Assembly: GCA_002269645.1 (NCBI GenBank)
Contig: NIVC01000709.1
Span: 124,001-188,000, forward strand
Origin: Macrostomum lignano
Taxonomy: Eukaryota
DNA: 64,000 bases
Direction of reading: 5' to 3'
The stretch's first letter is position 1, and each line of letters begins with the position of its first letter. Below the pieces are notes generated by a model that saw only the letters and a list, made by a program, of their open reading frames with translations, searched no databases and was not told the DNA's origin. The position numbers and the translations under genes were made by a program. Below, piece after piece: positions 24,691-37,031 of this stretch.

Positions 24691-25600
24691 TATCTGCGTT
24701 ATTAAGGAATTAAGAAAATTTAGTAAAACAAACTAACTGACAAATATTTGACAGCACAATACAGATCTGCAGTAGTATAACGCGCATTTTACTTAGAGCT
24801 AAATATTAAGCCTTGCAAAGGGAACAACAAAGCTGCTAGGCCGATTATATTTGTCCTAAAATACAGCAAAAATGGTGCTAAAGCTGCTTTCTAGTGCTAG
24901 AAAAAGAGGTGCTTACAGTTAATAAATACTCTACAGCATAAATACAGGTGTATAAATATCGTATTAACAAGTAATCATAATGAGACATGACATCCGCAAG
25001 AGAGAGTGAATGCGATGCACTGACTTCAACAGCCAGCTGCTTGAGTTGAGGGTGGAAGTTAGTGCGATATTGTTCTGTAAAAAACAGAATAAAAACTGCT
25101 AAAAAGTTCAGTGGAGACAGCTCAGAGTGAAACTTGAGATCCGCATTAACGGGAAATTTCCCTCTGAATAAAAAGAGAAAAAAAGTAAAACAAAAAATCA
25201 AACTGCAGCGTGCTGGAGTGGAAACTAATGAATTTCGCAGACATTTAAAATAATAAAACTACTACATGAACTACTCGCAGTAGGAATGACAGCGCTTGTG
25301 CGCTGAGCAGGAATTAAAAAGTGAATTATGATGGTACAGCTATGTTGCGGAAACAGATATGTACAGCTGGGATATCAGGGCATGGCCAATAAACTGGCGC
25401 CCTTGTTGTTCACAAAATTGCTGCAGAAAATAAAAAAAGCCAAATGGGAAAAAAAAACTTGAAATGTGCGCGAATTTTCGGAATACACGAGTGTTGCTGA
25501 ATAAAGAGGCTTGGCTCACCAGGTGAAGCAGGTTAAACAAGGTGGTAAAGTTAGTGGCAGTGTAAAAAGGCAACGTAAAACTGGCTTTTGTAGGCTTAAC

Positions 25601-26004
25601 AAACTGCTCAGATCTGCTCATACCAATCTGCAACCAGTGCTCAGATCTGCTCATACCCATCAGCAACCAGTGCTCAGATCTGCTCATATCCATCAGCAAC
25701 CAGTGCTCAGATCTGCTCATACCCATCAGCAACCAGTGCTCAGATGTGCTCATACCCATCAGCAACCAGTGCTCAGATCTGCTCATATCCATCAGCAACC
25801 AGTGCTCAGATCTGCTCATACCCATCAGCAACCAGTGCTCAGATCTGCTCATATCCATCAGCAACCAGTGCTCAGATCTGCTCATATCCATCAGCAACCA
25901 GTGCTCAGATCTGCTCATACCCATCAGCAACCAGTGCTCAGATCTGCTCATACCCAGCTGCAACCAGTGCTCAGATCTGCTCATACCCATCTGAAACCAG
26001 TGCT
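25601..26004. repeat. 33-bp minisatellite, about 12 copies
   Basis: Unit CAGCAACCAGTGCTCAGATCTGCTCATACCCAT; lies just downstream of the LASP stop codon. Confidence 0.95.
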
Positions 26005-26265
26005 CAACAAAAGCAGTCCATAAAATAACAGTGACACAAATACTGATAAATGTAACAATCAAAATTGAAAATTTCCAGATTCCAAATAAGCAAAAAAAAG
26101 TGGAACAAGCCAATTTGACCAGAAAAGTTGACAATGAAGGTTTTCATTTTTTCAACACTGCTCGCAAAGATTAAAGAATATAAAAATTTGTTAGCAAGTC
26201 ACTACCCCTACTTTGTCCAGGCGTATTGAGCTGGCAGTTTAGCAAAACCTGCTCAGTGAATGAGC

Positions 26266-29200
26266 TCACACGGCGGACACGTAATTGGCTGGCAGCATGC
26301 CAAACTCCCCAGTCCGCTCCACCCTGCCGTACATCCAGCCCTCGTCAATCGGATCGCCATTGGTGATCAGGTCCCCTTCGTTGAAGGACACCTCGTCTGT
26401 GTCGCTGGCGGCGTAGGCGTACAAGGCTCGGTAGCAGCGCTGCGGAGCGGGGGAGGGGACTCGTTACCCTGACTCCACACCCCCAATTACACCTGACTCC
26501 ACACCCCCAGTAACACCTGACTCCACACCCCCACTTACACCTGACTCCACACCCCACTTACACCTGACTCCACACCCCCAATTACACCTGACTCCACACC
26601 CCAATTACACCTGATTCCACACCCCCAATTACACCTGACTCCACACCCCAATTACACCTGACTCCACACCCCAATTACACCTGATTCCACACCCCCAATT
26701 ACACCTGATTCCACACCCCCAATTACACCTGATTCCACACCCCCAATTACACCTGACTCCACACCCCAATTACACCTGACTCCACACCCCAATTACACCT
26801 GACTCCACACCCCCAGTAACACCTGACTCCACACCCTAATTACACCTGACTCCACACACTTAATCACATGAGTCCACAATCTCCTTTCTCGCTTGCAAAA
26901 GAATAACCGGACTAGGAAAACGGCCTTGGCTCGCCAGGAATATTTAATATTCAATTCCAGTCTGTACTGCCGATATGAAAGAAACTTCAATGCAATGCGG
27001 AGAAGCTGCTAACTAATTTCAATACCCAAACGAGTTTTCACATCTCACGCTCTGTCAGCTTAGATGGATGACATCTTTAGTATCTTAAAGATTTAAGTCA
27101 TATAGAAACCAAAACCTGCATCTGAAAATCTTGTACTCATACGTACCCCCCGATCTGAAACAGCAGCTGCTTTGGGCTGCTGCTGCTGTTGATACTGCGG
27201 CTGTTGCTGGTACTGGGGCTGCTGCTGGTACTGCGGCTGCTGCTGGTACTGCGGCTGTTGCTTGTGCAGGGGTTGCTGCTGGTACTGCGGCTGCTGCTGG
27301 TACTGCGGCTGTTGCTTGTGCAGGGGTTGCTGCTGGTACTGCGGCTGCTGCTGGTACTGCGGCTGCTGCTGCTGCCGCTGCTGCTGATACTGTTGGTACT
27401 GAGGCGGCTGCTGAATCTGTGGCTGCCGCTTCTCAGCAGCGGACGTGTACGACACCCCTCCGATGCTGTGCGGGTTGAACCCGCCAGAGCCCACGCCGCC
27501 AGCCTGCTGTTGCTGCTGCGGCTCCCAGCCGTCGCTGTTGGCCGTTTCGGCCGCCTTGGCGCCGCGGGCTTTTTCGAAGTCCTCGTGGTACTTTACCTGT
27601 GTGGCGCGGCGACCGATTTAATGAGGGACTTCCGGTTAATGAGACTGACACTTGAGGGACTTCCGGTGGGTGAGACTGACACTTAATAGACTTCCGGTGG
27701 GTGAGACTGACACCTGAGGAACATCCGGTGGGTGAGACTGACACTTGAGGGACTTCCGGTGGGTGAGACTGACACTTGAGGGACTTCCGGTGGGTGAGAC
27801 TGACACTTGAGGGACTTCCGGTGGGTGAGACTGACACTTGAGGGACTTCCGGTGGGTGAGACTGACACTTGAGGGACTTCCGGTGGGTGAGACTGACACT
27901 TGAGGAACATCCGGTGGGTGAGACTGACACTTGAGGAACATCCGATGGGTGAGACTGACACCTGAGGAACATCCAGTGGGTGAGACTGACACTTAAGTGA
28001 CTTCCGGTGGGTGAGACTGACACTTGAGGAACATCCGGTGGGTGAGACTGACACTTGAGAAACATCCGGTGGGTGAGACTGACACTTGAGGAACATCTGG
28101 TGGGTGAGACTGACACTTAGGGGACTTCCGGTGGGTGAATCTAGCTGACACTGCAGGGCAGTGATGTCAAAACACATTGCTGGGTTTACTTACATTAGAC
28201 ACCACCTGCGCATTTTGGCGATGGCGGAGACTTTCCGGATCGTCAGTCACCGCCGTGTAACGACCTTTAGCCTTCTCAAAGTCGCTGTGGTATTGCACCT
28301 GCAAATTCATATCACCCCTATAGTAACTAAAAGTTATTCAATCTAGAAAGCTTTGACAACTACTAAAATGCAACTTACATTGCTAATAACAGCCGTGTTC
28401 TGTTTAACTCTCTGCATCTCTGGGTTGTCGCTCACAAAAGTGTAGGTCTTCGGCTGTGGATAGTGACTGCGGGAAAATCCATGTGTATCACAGGTTGTAT
28501 TGTAATAGAATTGTAAAAATAAAGGAGCATAAAAAAGACTCAATTTTATTTTTAGACTCACGCTCCGCAGTAGGGTTTCTTCTCAAAGCCTTTGTAGTTC
28601 TTCATGTTGAGGGTCATGCCACACACCTGGCATTTGAAACAGCCCTTGTGCCAGACCTGTGCATCAATAGATAAACATAATTGGTTATATTTGGCATAAT
28701 TAGGAAAAAAAGTTAAATATTGTACATATTGTAACACATTATATATATTATTATACATATTATAACAATATAGAATAATTATTGATTAGACCTATGAAGT
28801 ACACCTGCCCTAATAGGCAGATATGCAATTAATAGGTCAGTTGCAGCATTTATGTGGCATATCTAAAGGCTGCATATGGCTATTTAGCCCCTACACACCC
28901 TCAATTACCCTTACCCAACCCTAGCTAATGCTAATAGCTATTCTATAGCTGGGGACTGAAGCAATGCAGGGTTAAGGGCATCATTGTTCAAGGACACAAA
29001 ATGTTCCAAAATGAGTTAAGAAATGAGAATTTAACCCATAACCTTTTAGCTGACTTTAAAACTCCATCTACTAGGCTTTAACCCTTTTATATAAAGATTA
29101 TGTATAGCAAGAAAAATATGTTTCAAGATAGTTATAGACATTAGAAATGATTAAAGACTAAAGTAGTAAAAAGTTAATAAAATGTTTAATACCAATTAAT

Positions 29201-32200
29201 TGATGATAGGCCTGATCCTTGATCTTCATGTCTCTATTTTGCTAATGTATTTTATAGGCTAAGCAATACTTTTGGGAAAAAAATGTTTCAACAAATAATG
29301 TATTGGCAATATATATATAATGTTTTGTCAAAATCATTTTCTAGGGCTGTACATTTTTAAGCCACAATGTTATACATTTAAAAAAATCAAGTGACTATAA
29401 TGCTGATATTTATAATATATATTTTATGTTTGTTTAATTTTTTGTCATTTTAATTAGTAAGGTAAAAGTTAACACCACACTTAGAGACACAGCGGCCATG
29501 TCTCTAATAGTGACTAGGTCCATACTTATACTATCACTAAGGTCACCTAAGTACTATTGATCAAAGAGCTGCTGCCTTTGCAGCTTTGCTTTGCTGTGGA
29601 TTGGAAAAATCAATCATTAGAGAAATTTTAACATCAACGAATTAACAGAATCTCATTTTCAGAATCTGCCTACAATGTCAACAAATAATTTGGCATAATT
29701 AAAGAGTGTATAACAAGATTTTGTTTGCCATTAATAAACACTCGAGTTTGCAGTGGAGGGTGGCAGCAAGTGTGCATGTAGTAAAACAAATGCCAACTTT
29801 GGTCAATCTTGGCAGGTTTGGACAAGGGGGGCAACAATGGGGGAGTGGGCAAAAATTGAGCATTGAGATAAACAGGCGAGGCTAAGCAGTTCAAAGCTGT
29901 AAAAATTAATTAGTTAGAGTAAAATAATTGTGAAATTGAGGTGCAACAAAAAACCAGTAGCATTGGGAGAGTCGGCAAAGCAAAGTGTCTGAAGAGCACT
30001 GCATTCAGCAGAGTAACTCAGCCAGTTATTTAGCATATTAGGAGAATGGGAGTGGCGAGCATGCAGAACAAAACTGAGTGTTAAATAAATATATATAATA
30101 AATATTTGGCAGCCATGTCTCTAATAGTGACTAGGTTCATACTTATAGACATAGCAGCCATGTCTATAATGCAGAAACTTATAGACATGATGGCATTATT
30201 AGAGACACAGCTGCTGTGTCAATGAAACTTTCATAGCAGCAGTGTTGTTAATATTGGATAGGTTCATACTTAGAAACATAAGTGGATGGCCATGTTATTA
30301 CTATTAAATGGTTTTGCACTTAGAAACATGGTAGGTGGCTGTGTTGTTAATATTGAATGGGTTTGAACTTAGAGACACAATGGATGGCCATGTTAATATT
30401 GAATAGGTTTGCACTTAGAGACACAATGGATAGACATTAATATTGAATTGGTTCGCACTTAGAGACACAATGGATGGCCATGTTGTTAATATTGAATGGG
30501 TTTGCACTTGGAGACACAATGGATGGGCAGGATGGCCATGTTAATACTGAATGGATTTGCACTCAGAGACATGATGGATGGTCATGTTAATAATATTGGA
30601 ACTTATACTATAGGCATAGCTATCATGTATATAATCATCAATATAAAATGTGTGTTCTGTAGGGCTCCCTCATATGCAAATGGTGGCTTAGTGGATAAGT
30701 TAATTGCCTTGTGATTGCATGAAAAGGTTTGAATCTCAATTGGTTAGAGTTTAAAAATTTTAAATTTCTTAAAATTAAATTAATTTATTTTTTTAAGAAT
30801 AACACTAAATCTTAAAGTGTGGCCACAATTATATATATAGCTACTAAATAAGAAATTTTTTTCAATATATATTGGCCACACTTTGTCATGAGTTAAACAT
30901 TATACAGTCTTACTAAAGCTAGTGACATTTGTAGTGACATTTCCTACCTAACAAGGCAATAACTAAACTAAATATAGCCCAATAAGCTTTCTTAGTACAT
31001 AATATTAGGCTAAATACATAACAATAAAAACACAATACCTATTGTCCCATCTTAAAAATGACAAGGAAGGCTAGTAATGGGGTAGGCACTAGCTACCCTC
31101 ATACCCTTGGCTTTAATAAAGCTATATAATATTTAACTCATGACAAAGTGCAATCAATATGTATTGAAAAAATTATTTCTTTTCAATAGCTACATATATA
31201 TATTGGGCCACACTTTAAGACTTAGTGTTACTCTTAAAAATTTAATTTGATTTATTATTTTATCTTAATTAAAAAAACTTAAACAGTTCAAGATGCAAAA
31301 ATTTTATTCACTAAAAAAATTTCAAACTAATAAAAAAACTAACCACTTGGGAATTGAACTTTTTTACATGCAATCACAAGGCATTGACTTATCCACTTAG
31401 CTACCATACATGCGCAACCTTGTGAATCACTTGGCTGTTTCTACTGGCAACACACACATGTAAGTCACTATTGGCTAAGAGCAGTCACGTGACTACTATT
31501 CTATCCCATACATGCGCAACTTCTGAAATTACGCTGGCCGTGCGACTTAGTTTTCGATAAAAAATGCGACTTACCTATGAAAGAGCCAAGCAAAAACTTT
31601 AGGTAAACGGCAGGAGTAACTATGACCATATTTTTAAAGCTAACTGCCTCGCCAGCTAATTAGTGCTGCGTGCAGATTCCGCGTTTTTATAACAGCTAAT
31701 CAGTGTCATTTAGTGGCGGCATGAAGCAATTAGTAAATTGTCAGTACAGTGTAGTGAGCATACTACAAAAGTCATGATTCATGAATGTCCAGAAGTAAGT
31801 GAAGTGAATACAGTGTGACCTATAGCTCAAGAACGATTTGCTAGACGATTTGGCATGGAAGATGAGAGCCCTGATTCAGATGGCTCATCAGATGCAGAAT
31901 ACGAATCCTGTAGAGATACAAGCTGTGAAAACCCACAGATTTTTAAACCACTGAATTCTAATTCCCGGAACTATTTTTGCATAGATTCTAAATTTGAAGT
32001 CATGCTCAAACAAAAACTTGTTAACAGTTAGGAAAAAGGCAAAGATGGGAGTAATGCATGTTAAACTAAGATTTGAGGCCTTTGCAAATTCTCTCCATTC
32101 CTCAATCTTCTCATCCTCTTTTTCTTTTCTCTCTCATCCCTTATCCCTTTTCTCTTTCCTCTCCTCTCTCCTCTCGTCTCTCCATTCCACTCTACTCTCT

Positions 32201-34290
32201 CATCTTATCTTCCCTCTCGTCTCTCTCCACTCTACTCTCTCATCTTATCTCTCCTCTCTTTTCTACTCTCTCATCTCTCCTCTCTTCACTCTCCTCTCAT
32301 CTCCTCTTTATCCTCTCTTCTCTCATCTACTCTCTCCTCTTTCCTCTCTTCTGATCTCATCCATCATCTTTTCTTTCCTCTTTCCTCTAATCTCCTCTTC
32401 TCTCTCATCTCTTTTTCCTCCCTCAGCTTTTCTCTCCTCTTCTATCTTTTCTCCCATCGCATCGCTCGCCTCTCCTCTGTTTGCTTATCTCTAATCTTCT
32501 ATTCCCTCTACTTTGAAGTAAGAAAATATGCACATATTTTTGCTGAAGATAAGAGGATAGAAGAGGGCATTGAGGAGAAAGGGTAGAGAGAAAGGGGGAG
32601 AAGAGAGGAGAGTAAAAATGAGAGGAGAGAGAAGAGGGAAAAGGGGGAGAGAGAGAAGAGGGGAGGCAAGGTAGAGAAGAAGAGAGAGATGAGAGTTGAA
32701 GAGACACCAACCTTGCTGGTTAGGAAGTTTCAAAGAATCCGAGGGGCGAGGGCCAGATAGAGGGGCTTCGCGAGCCGGAGTTTGCCAACCCCTGCTCCAG
32801 AGTTTAAGAAATCAATGGGAAACTGTTGACGCGGGCTTCTGATTTCAAAGATCTTGTCTGTGGTTGAAGGCTTCTATTCTGTTTTTGCTCTCCTACCACA
32901 CTTGCACCTACTACCCCCTGATTGCCTCTGATTGTGACTTATTTCCCTCTTATTGCGACTTAGTTGCTTCTTTTTGCGACTTACCTAATCCTTTTTGCAA
33001 CTTACCTAATCCTTTTTGCAACTTACCTAATCCTTTTTGCAACTTACTTAATCGTTTTTGCGACTTACTTAATCCTTTTTGCAACTTACCTAATCCTTTT
33101 GCGACTTACCTAATCCTTTTTGCGACTTACCTAATCCTTTTGCGACTTAGCTGATCCTTTTGCGACTTACCTGATTCTTTTTGCGACTTAGTTTGCTTCT
33201 TTTGCGACTTACCTGATTCCTGTTGCGACTTACCTGATCCTTTTTGCGACTTAGTTTGCTTCTTTTGCAACTTACCTGATCCTTTTTGCGACTTACCTGA
33301 TTATTTTTATAACTTAGTTTGCTTCTTTAGCGAATTGTTTTTCTTTTGCTTCACCATTTTCCCTGAACTGCTCTTTCTTTCGCTTTCCTCTTGCCTTTCT
33401 TGGTTCTTGTGTTTTTCTGTTTTTGGTTGACTCAATTTTGCGACTTACCCCTGGTCAGCCACGATTTACGGTGGCCAGATCGGCCAGGTCGGCCAGCAGT
33501 TGCGCATGTATGTTCTATCCAATAGCAACTTATATGTGTATGTCGCCAATGAAATGGCTGGGTGAATCCCTAGGTTACGCTCAAGTATGTTAGCTACCAT
33601 TGGCTTGTTAGAGAGCCCTATAGAAAATGCATTTTATATCAATGATTATAGCCATGCATATAAGCTCAAATATTATAGACATGGCTGCCATGCCTATAAG
33701 TTCTAATATTAAAGACATGACTACTATGTCTATAAGCTCTATACTTATAGACATGGCCACAATGCCTATAAGTATAAGTACTCCAAAAAGTTATTTGTTT
33801 ATAAAACTAAAGTAAAAGTAAATAAAAGATAAAAAATAAAAAGTTAAAGATAAAATTTTGTTGCATAATCTGTCAATTATATTTTTAGCTTAATTGCAAA
33901 ATTTATAATATTTTTCTATAATTTTTCCATCCTAGCCTAGCATTATCATAAAATTATAAAAATAGTCATTGGCAAAAATGCTTAGCAAAATTTAGCAAAC
34001 TAAAAGACACTTGCCAAAATTAATCAGTCAGTTGCCAGTCATTAGGCCTAGTTTTGATAACCAAACTATTGTGGGGAGTATTATATTAGTAATGATATTG
34101 AATATTGTCATTGACATCAGTATTAATATGATTAAAACAATATTATCTTAAATTTTAAAACATTCCTAATGTTTTTGCATTTGATTAGTATAATACAAAT
34201 ATTAAAACAAATTTAACCAACCTGATCCAAGCATTTTAGCTGTTCAATAGGATACACTACTTTATCACACCCAGCACACCTTTTGTCCAT
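26266..34290 (-). CDS. LASP1: LIM and SH3 domain protein (LASP/nebulette family), 6 exons, about 326 aa
   Basis: Exons 34290-34222 ([23 protein letters not shown]), 28656-28562 ([24 protein letters not shown]), 28466-28379, 28298-28194 and 27596-27147 (nebulin repeats plus Q/P/Y linker), 26439-26266 (SH3 [22 protein letters not shown]). All junctions GT-AG with consistent phases. Confidence 0.96.
26468..26860. repeat. 23-24-bp minisatellite in LASP intron 5
   Basis: Unit CTGACTCCACACCCCCAATTACAC, about 16 copies. Confidence 0.95.
27640..28137. repeat. 31-bp minisatellite in LASP intron 4
   Basis: Unit GGGACTTCCGGTGGGTGAGACTGACACTTGA, about 16 copies. Confidence 0.95.
28945..29080 (-). mobile_element. 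Degenerate tRNA-derived SINE fragment
   Basis: Minus-strand TGTGTCCTTGAACAA..CTTAACCCTGCATTGCTTCAGTCCCC resembles the core of the SINE at 59998-60268; decayed head. Confidence 0.5.
31507..33512. mobile_element. Non-autonomous hAT-type DNA transposon, 2006 bp
   Basis: Perfect 14-bp TIR CATACATGCGCAAC / GTTGCGCATGTATG; 8-bp TSD TTCTATCC at 31499-31506 and 33513-33520; subterminal GCGACTTA motifs; no transposase ORF seen. Confidence 0.92.
32950..33330. repeat. About 21-bp tandem array TTTTTGCGACTTACCTAATCC
   Basis: Read directly; lies inside the 31507-33512 element. Confidence 0.9.
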
Positions 34291-37031
34291 AACAAAACTT
34301 TGTGTTTAATCAATCAATAAAAAATAATTGCAAAACTGAAAATAAGCAACAAAAAGCAAAACTGTAGCCACAACAGCACAGCACAGTGAACAGCTTAGTA
34401 TGCAACAGACATTAGGAGACTAAAACAAGTCGTAAGCTAAACTAGAACTTTTGTTTTACTATTAGCATAAGCTAAATTGTTAATTCAAGGGCAGGAAGTC
34501 AAATCAACCCTCTATCTATAGGCCTAGCATGCAGCAGAAACGTAAAAATGTATGCAAATAGCAGAGAGCTTAGTTTAGGCAGCAGGAATAATTATTTAAT
34601 TTTAGGTTGGGTTGGCCAACGTCCTTATTCATCGAAAAAATGTAGGTGTGGTCAAAGCCCCGCCCTTTTCTAAGATTTATAATAGTAAAACAAAAAGGTG
34701 ACTTTTGGGTAGATACATTTGATCGTAATCAAACACAATTATTGATGCATCCAATTTTAAAATGCTCAAAAAACAGTATTTATGCACCAGTAAACGTTGG
34801 GAACGTTTTCAATTGCGACTATTTATTTTAACCACTTGAAAGAACAATATTTCATGGCATGTGATGAGCCACACAACCACCGAGCTTACACTTACACATC
34901 GGTGCCTTCGAGATCGAAATGAGTACTTAAGGACCACTAAAAGTGGCCGTTGAAACACCGTTAATTTAGTTATCCCTGTGAGTGAGTACTATATGCATGC
35001 AGTTAGCTGCTGGTAACAAATTTCCCAAGAATTTTATTAGAATTTTCCTGATCCTACTAGAAGGTGCTTCTTGTTGTGTACTGCAAAGGCATGCAATGCG
35101 TAGGGATAGTTCGGGGACAGGGTTTCTAGAAACTTCCACCGCGGACTTGTTTACGCATAGTTCCAGAAGTTTCCTCCCCCGGTCTTTCTAGAACCTTCCT
35201 TCCCCGCGTGCATAAATATACGAGCCGCCCTCCTATTGGCCAAACCCTCTTTTGGTGCCACTGGGCGCCCGGATAATTATCTATCTAGTTTCTGCGTTCG
35301 TTAATTCAACAACAGAACACTTCTAACATGGTAATTTGCATTCACCATCCAGTATCATCGAATAATTAGATGATTGATATACAATATGATAAACAATTGG
35401 GAAAATCTATGGTAAAAGTTAGATGCACGTACGTGTAGTGTTATGTACATATACATGCATGGAAATATTACAAATTGCACGTGACATGTACGTGCAATTT
35501 AGTTCATGTAGTTCATGGCCTACAAAATTTAGGACATGTCATAAACACGTACACACAACATATGTTTCAGTTTTACATGTTGAAAAAATTCCTATCACCT
35601 CATCATCAAATGAATTAGGCCACATATTTAAAATGATCGCACGTAACGGCTTGCAGATATTTTTTGTCGCTTCGTGATGTGCATGGTTTTATAGTGCGTT
35701 GTGACGATAGCCATACGTGCGTACGAGAGAATAATCAAGAATGCAATGACGAAGAGAACCCGCGGCGATTGATAAGTCTGAATGGAGTTGGTAATGCATG
35801 GGCGCTGTCACGCAAAGAGAACCATTTTTTCTAACGAATACGGTACAATTCTTTAAAAATTCTTTCAAGAAACAATGTACATGTGTAAACATCGCCTTAC
35901 ACATACAGTTTGCATACTTCTGACACAGCTCTCACGTAGCAGTTCATTGCCGTTTACTCTTGGGTTGTACGGCAAAAGTACGATCGTACATGTAGTATTT
36001 TGTATGTAGATATGGATTGATCTCCGGTACACTTAAATTGCTCCCCTAGCTCTTTGCTATTGTGTCCTAGCTTTTGTCCTCTGCCTATATCAGCTGTAAT
36101 AAAAAGTGAGACTAAAGGCATTACTCGACAAGAGCAGACCGCAGTTGTGATCAATATACATGTAGCCTTATTAGTAGAGCTGTAAAAATTGAGCGAGGCT
36201 TGCAATTGTATTTTTTATAAAATTCACAACTCTCAGCACGATTCCTATAAAATTATAGGATATGGAGTAGTTCTTTGACTGCACTGCACTGCACTGCATC
36301 CATAACTCATTTGCTAGTGAAAACTTTATTTGAAAAGGCCCATTCTTCCTCGAAATGCATTAATGAGGCGTACGCTGCTTGAGAGCTCTTGCTTTATACT
36401 TTAGATAATATCGAGGCTCGTCGATTAGTCTAAAAAGCAGATCGGATTCCTAATCTTGATAATGCATTCCAAATCAAAAATAGGTCTCATATCGGCTGCT
36501 GGTTTCTCATATTAAGAGTGACATGCTGGTCCTTGGTGGAAGCTGCACTCTCAGTGTGGTTACAGTGCATGTATGTCAGAAAGTAAATCGTTGGAATTCT
36601 ACACTCAGATAAAACACATTTGTTAGAGGAAATGGAAAATAAACAATGTTCAAAAGGAGATTAAAAACGAAGGGAAAAAGGTTAGTAAAACAAATTAAAA
36701 GCCGCACAATCCAGTGTGTTACGCTGAAGAAAAATTTCGTTTTCAAGTCAACGACGAGTACATTGTACGCTAATTGAGCCGCTGTAAAACAAATACACGT
36801 GATGCTAAATGTATCAGACCCGAGATGCAATGTATAACTATTTGTTATGGTCATCATGCTATGTAAGCCTGTAGTATTTCAGAATTTTTTCTTGACTACG
36901 AGCGTAAAATATATATACAACAAACTTGGTTAGCCTGGATGTCCCATTAGCCTACGATAGCTTCGTGCCTGCAAGCCTCGCTGATCTTCGTAATTTCACA
37001 CCTTGCTTTCTCGGCATCATTATTCACTCCT

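Larger units (their letters stand above)
31405..33589. mobile_element. Palindromic MITE of about 170 bp (hAT-type, 8-bp TSD), split by an inner insertion
   Basis: TIR CATACATGCGCAACC at 31405, degenerate inverted copy ending 33589; TSD TTAGCTAC at 31397-31404 and 33590-33597. The two halves are inverted complements around GTCACGTGAC. Confidence 0.88.

Noticed and set aside
25601-28137. CRISPR-like appearance of the 31-33-bp arrays
   Set aside because: Head-to-tail units without unique spacers, no cas genes, eukaryotic context.
35472-35500. Perfect 11-bp-arm hairpin AAATTGCACGT..ACGTGCAATTT upstream of LASP
   Set aside because: Isolated, in an ACGT/CATG-rich tract; no Helitron CTRR end or other support.
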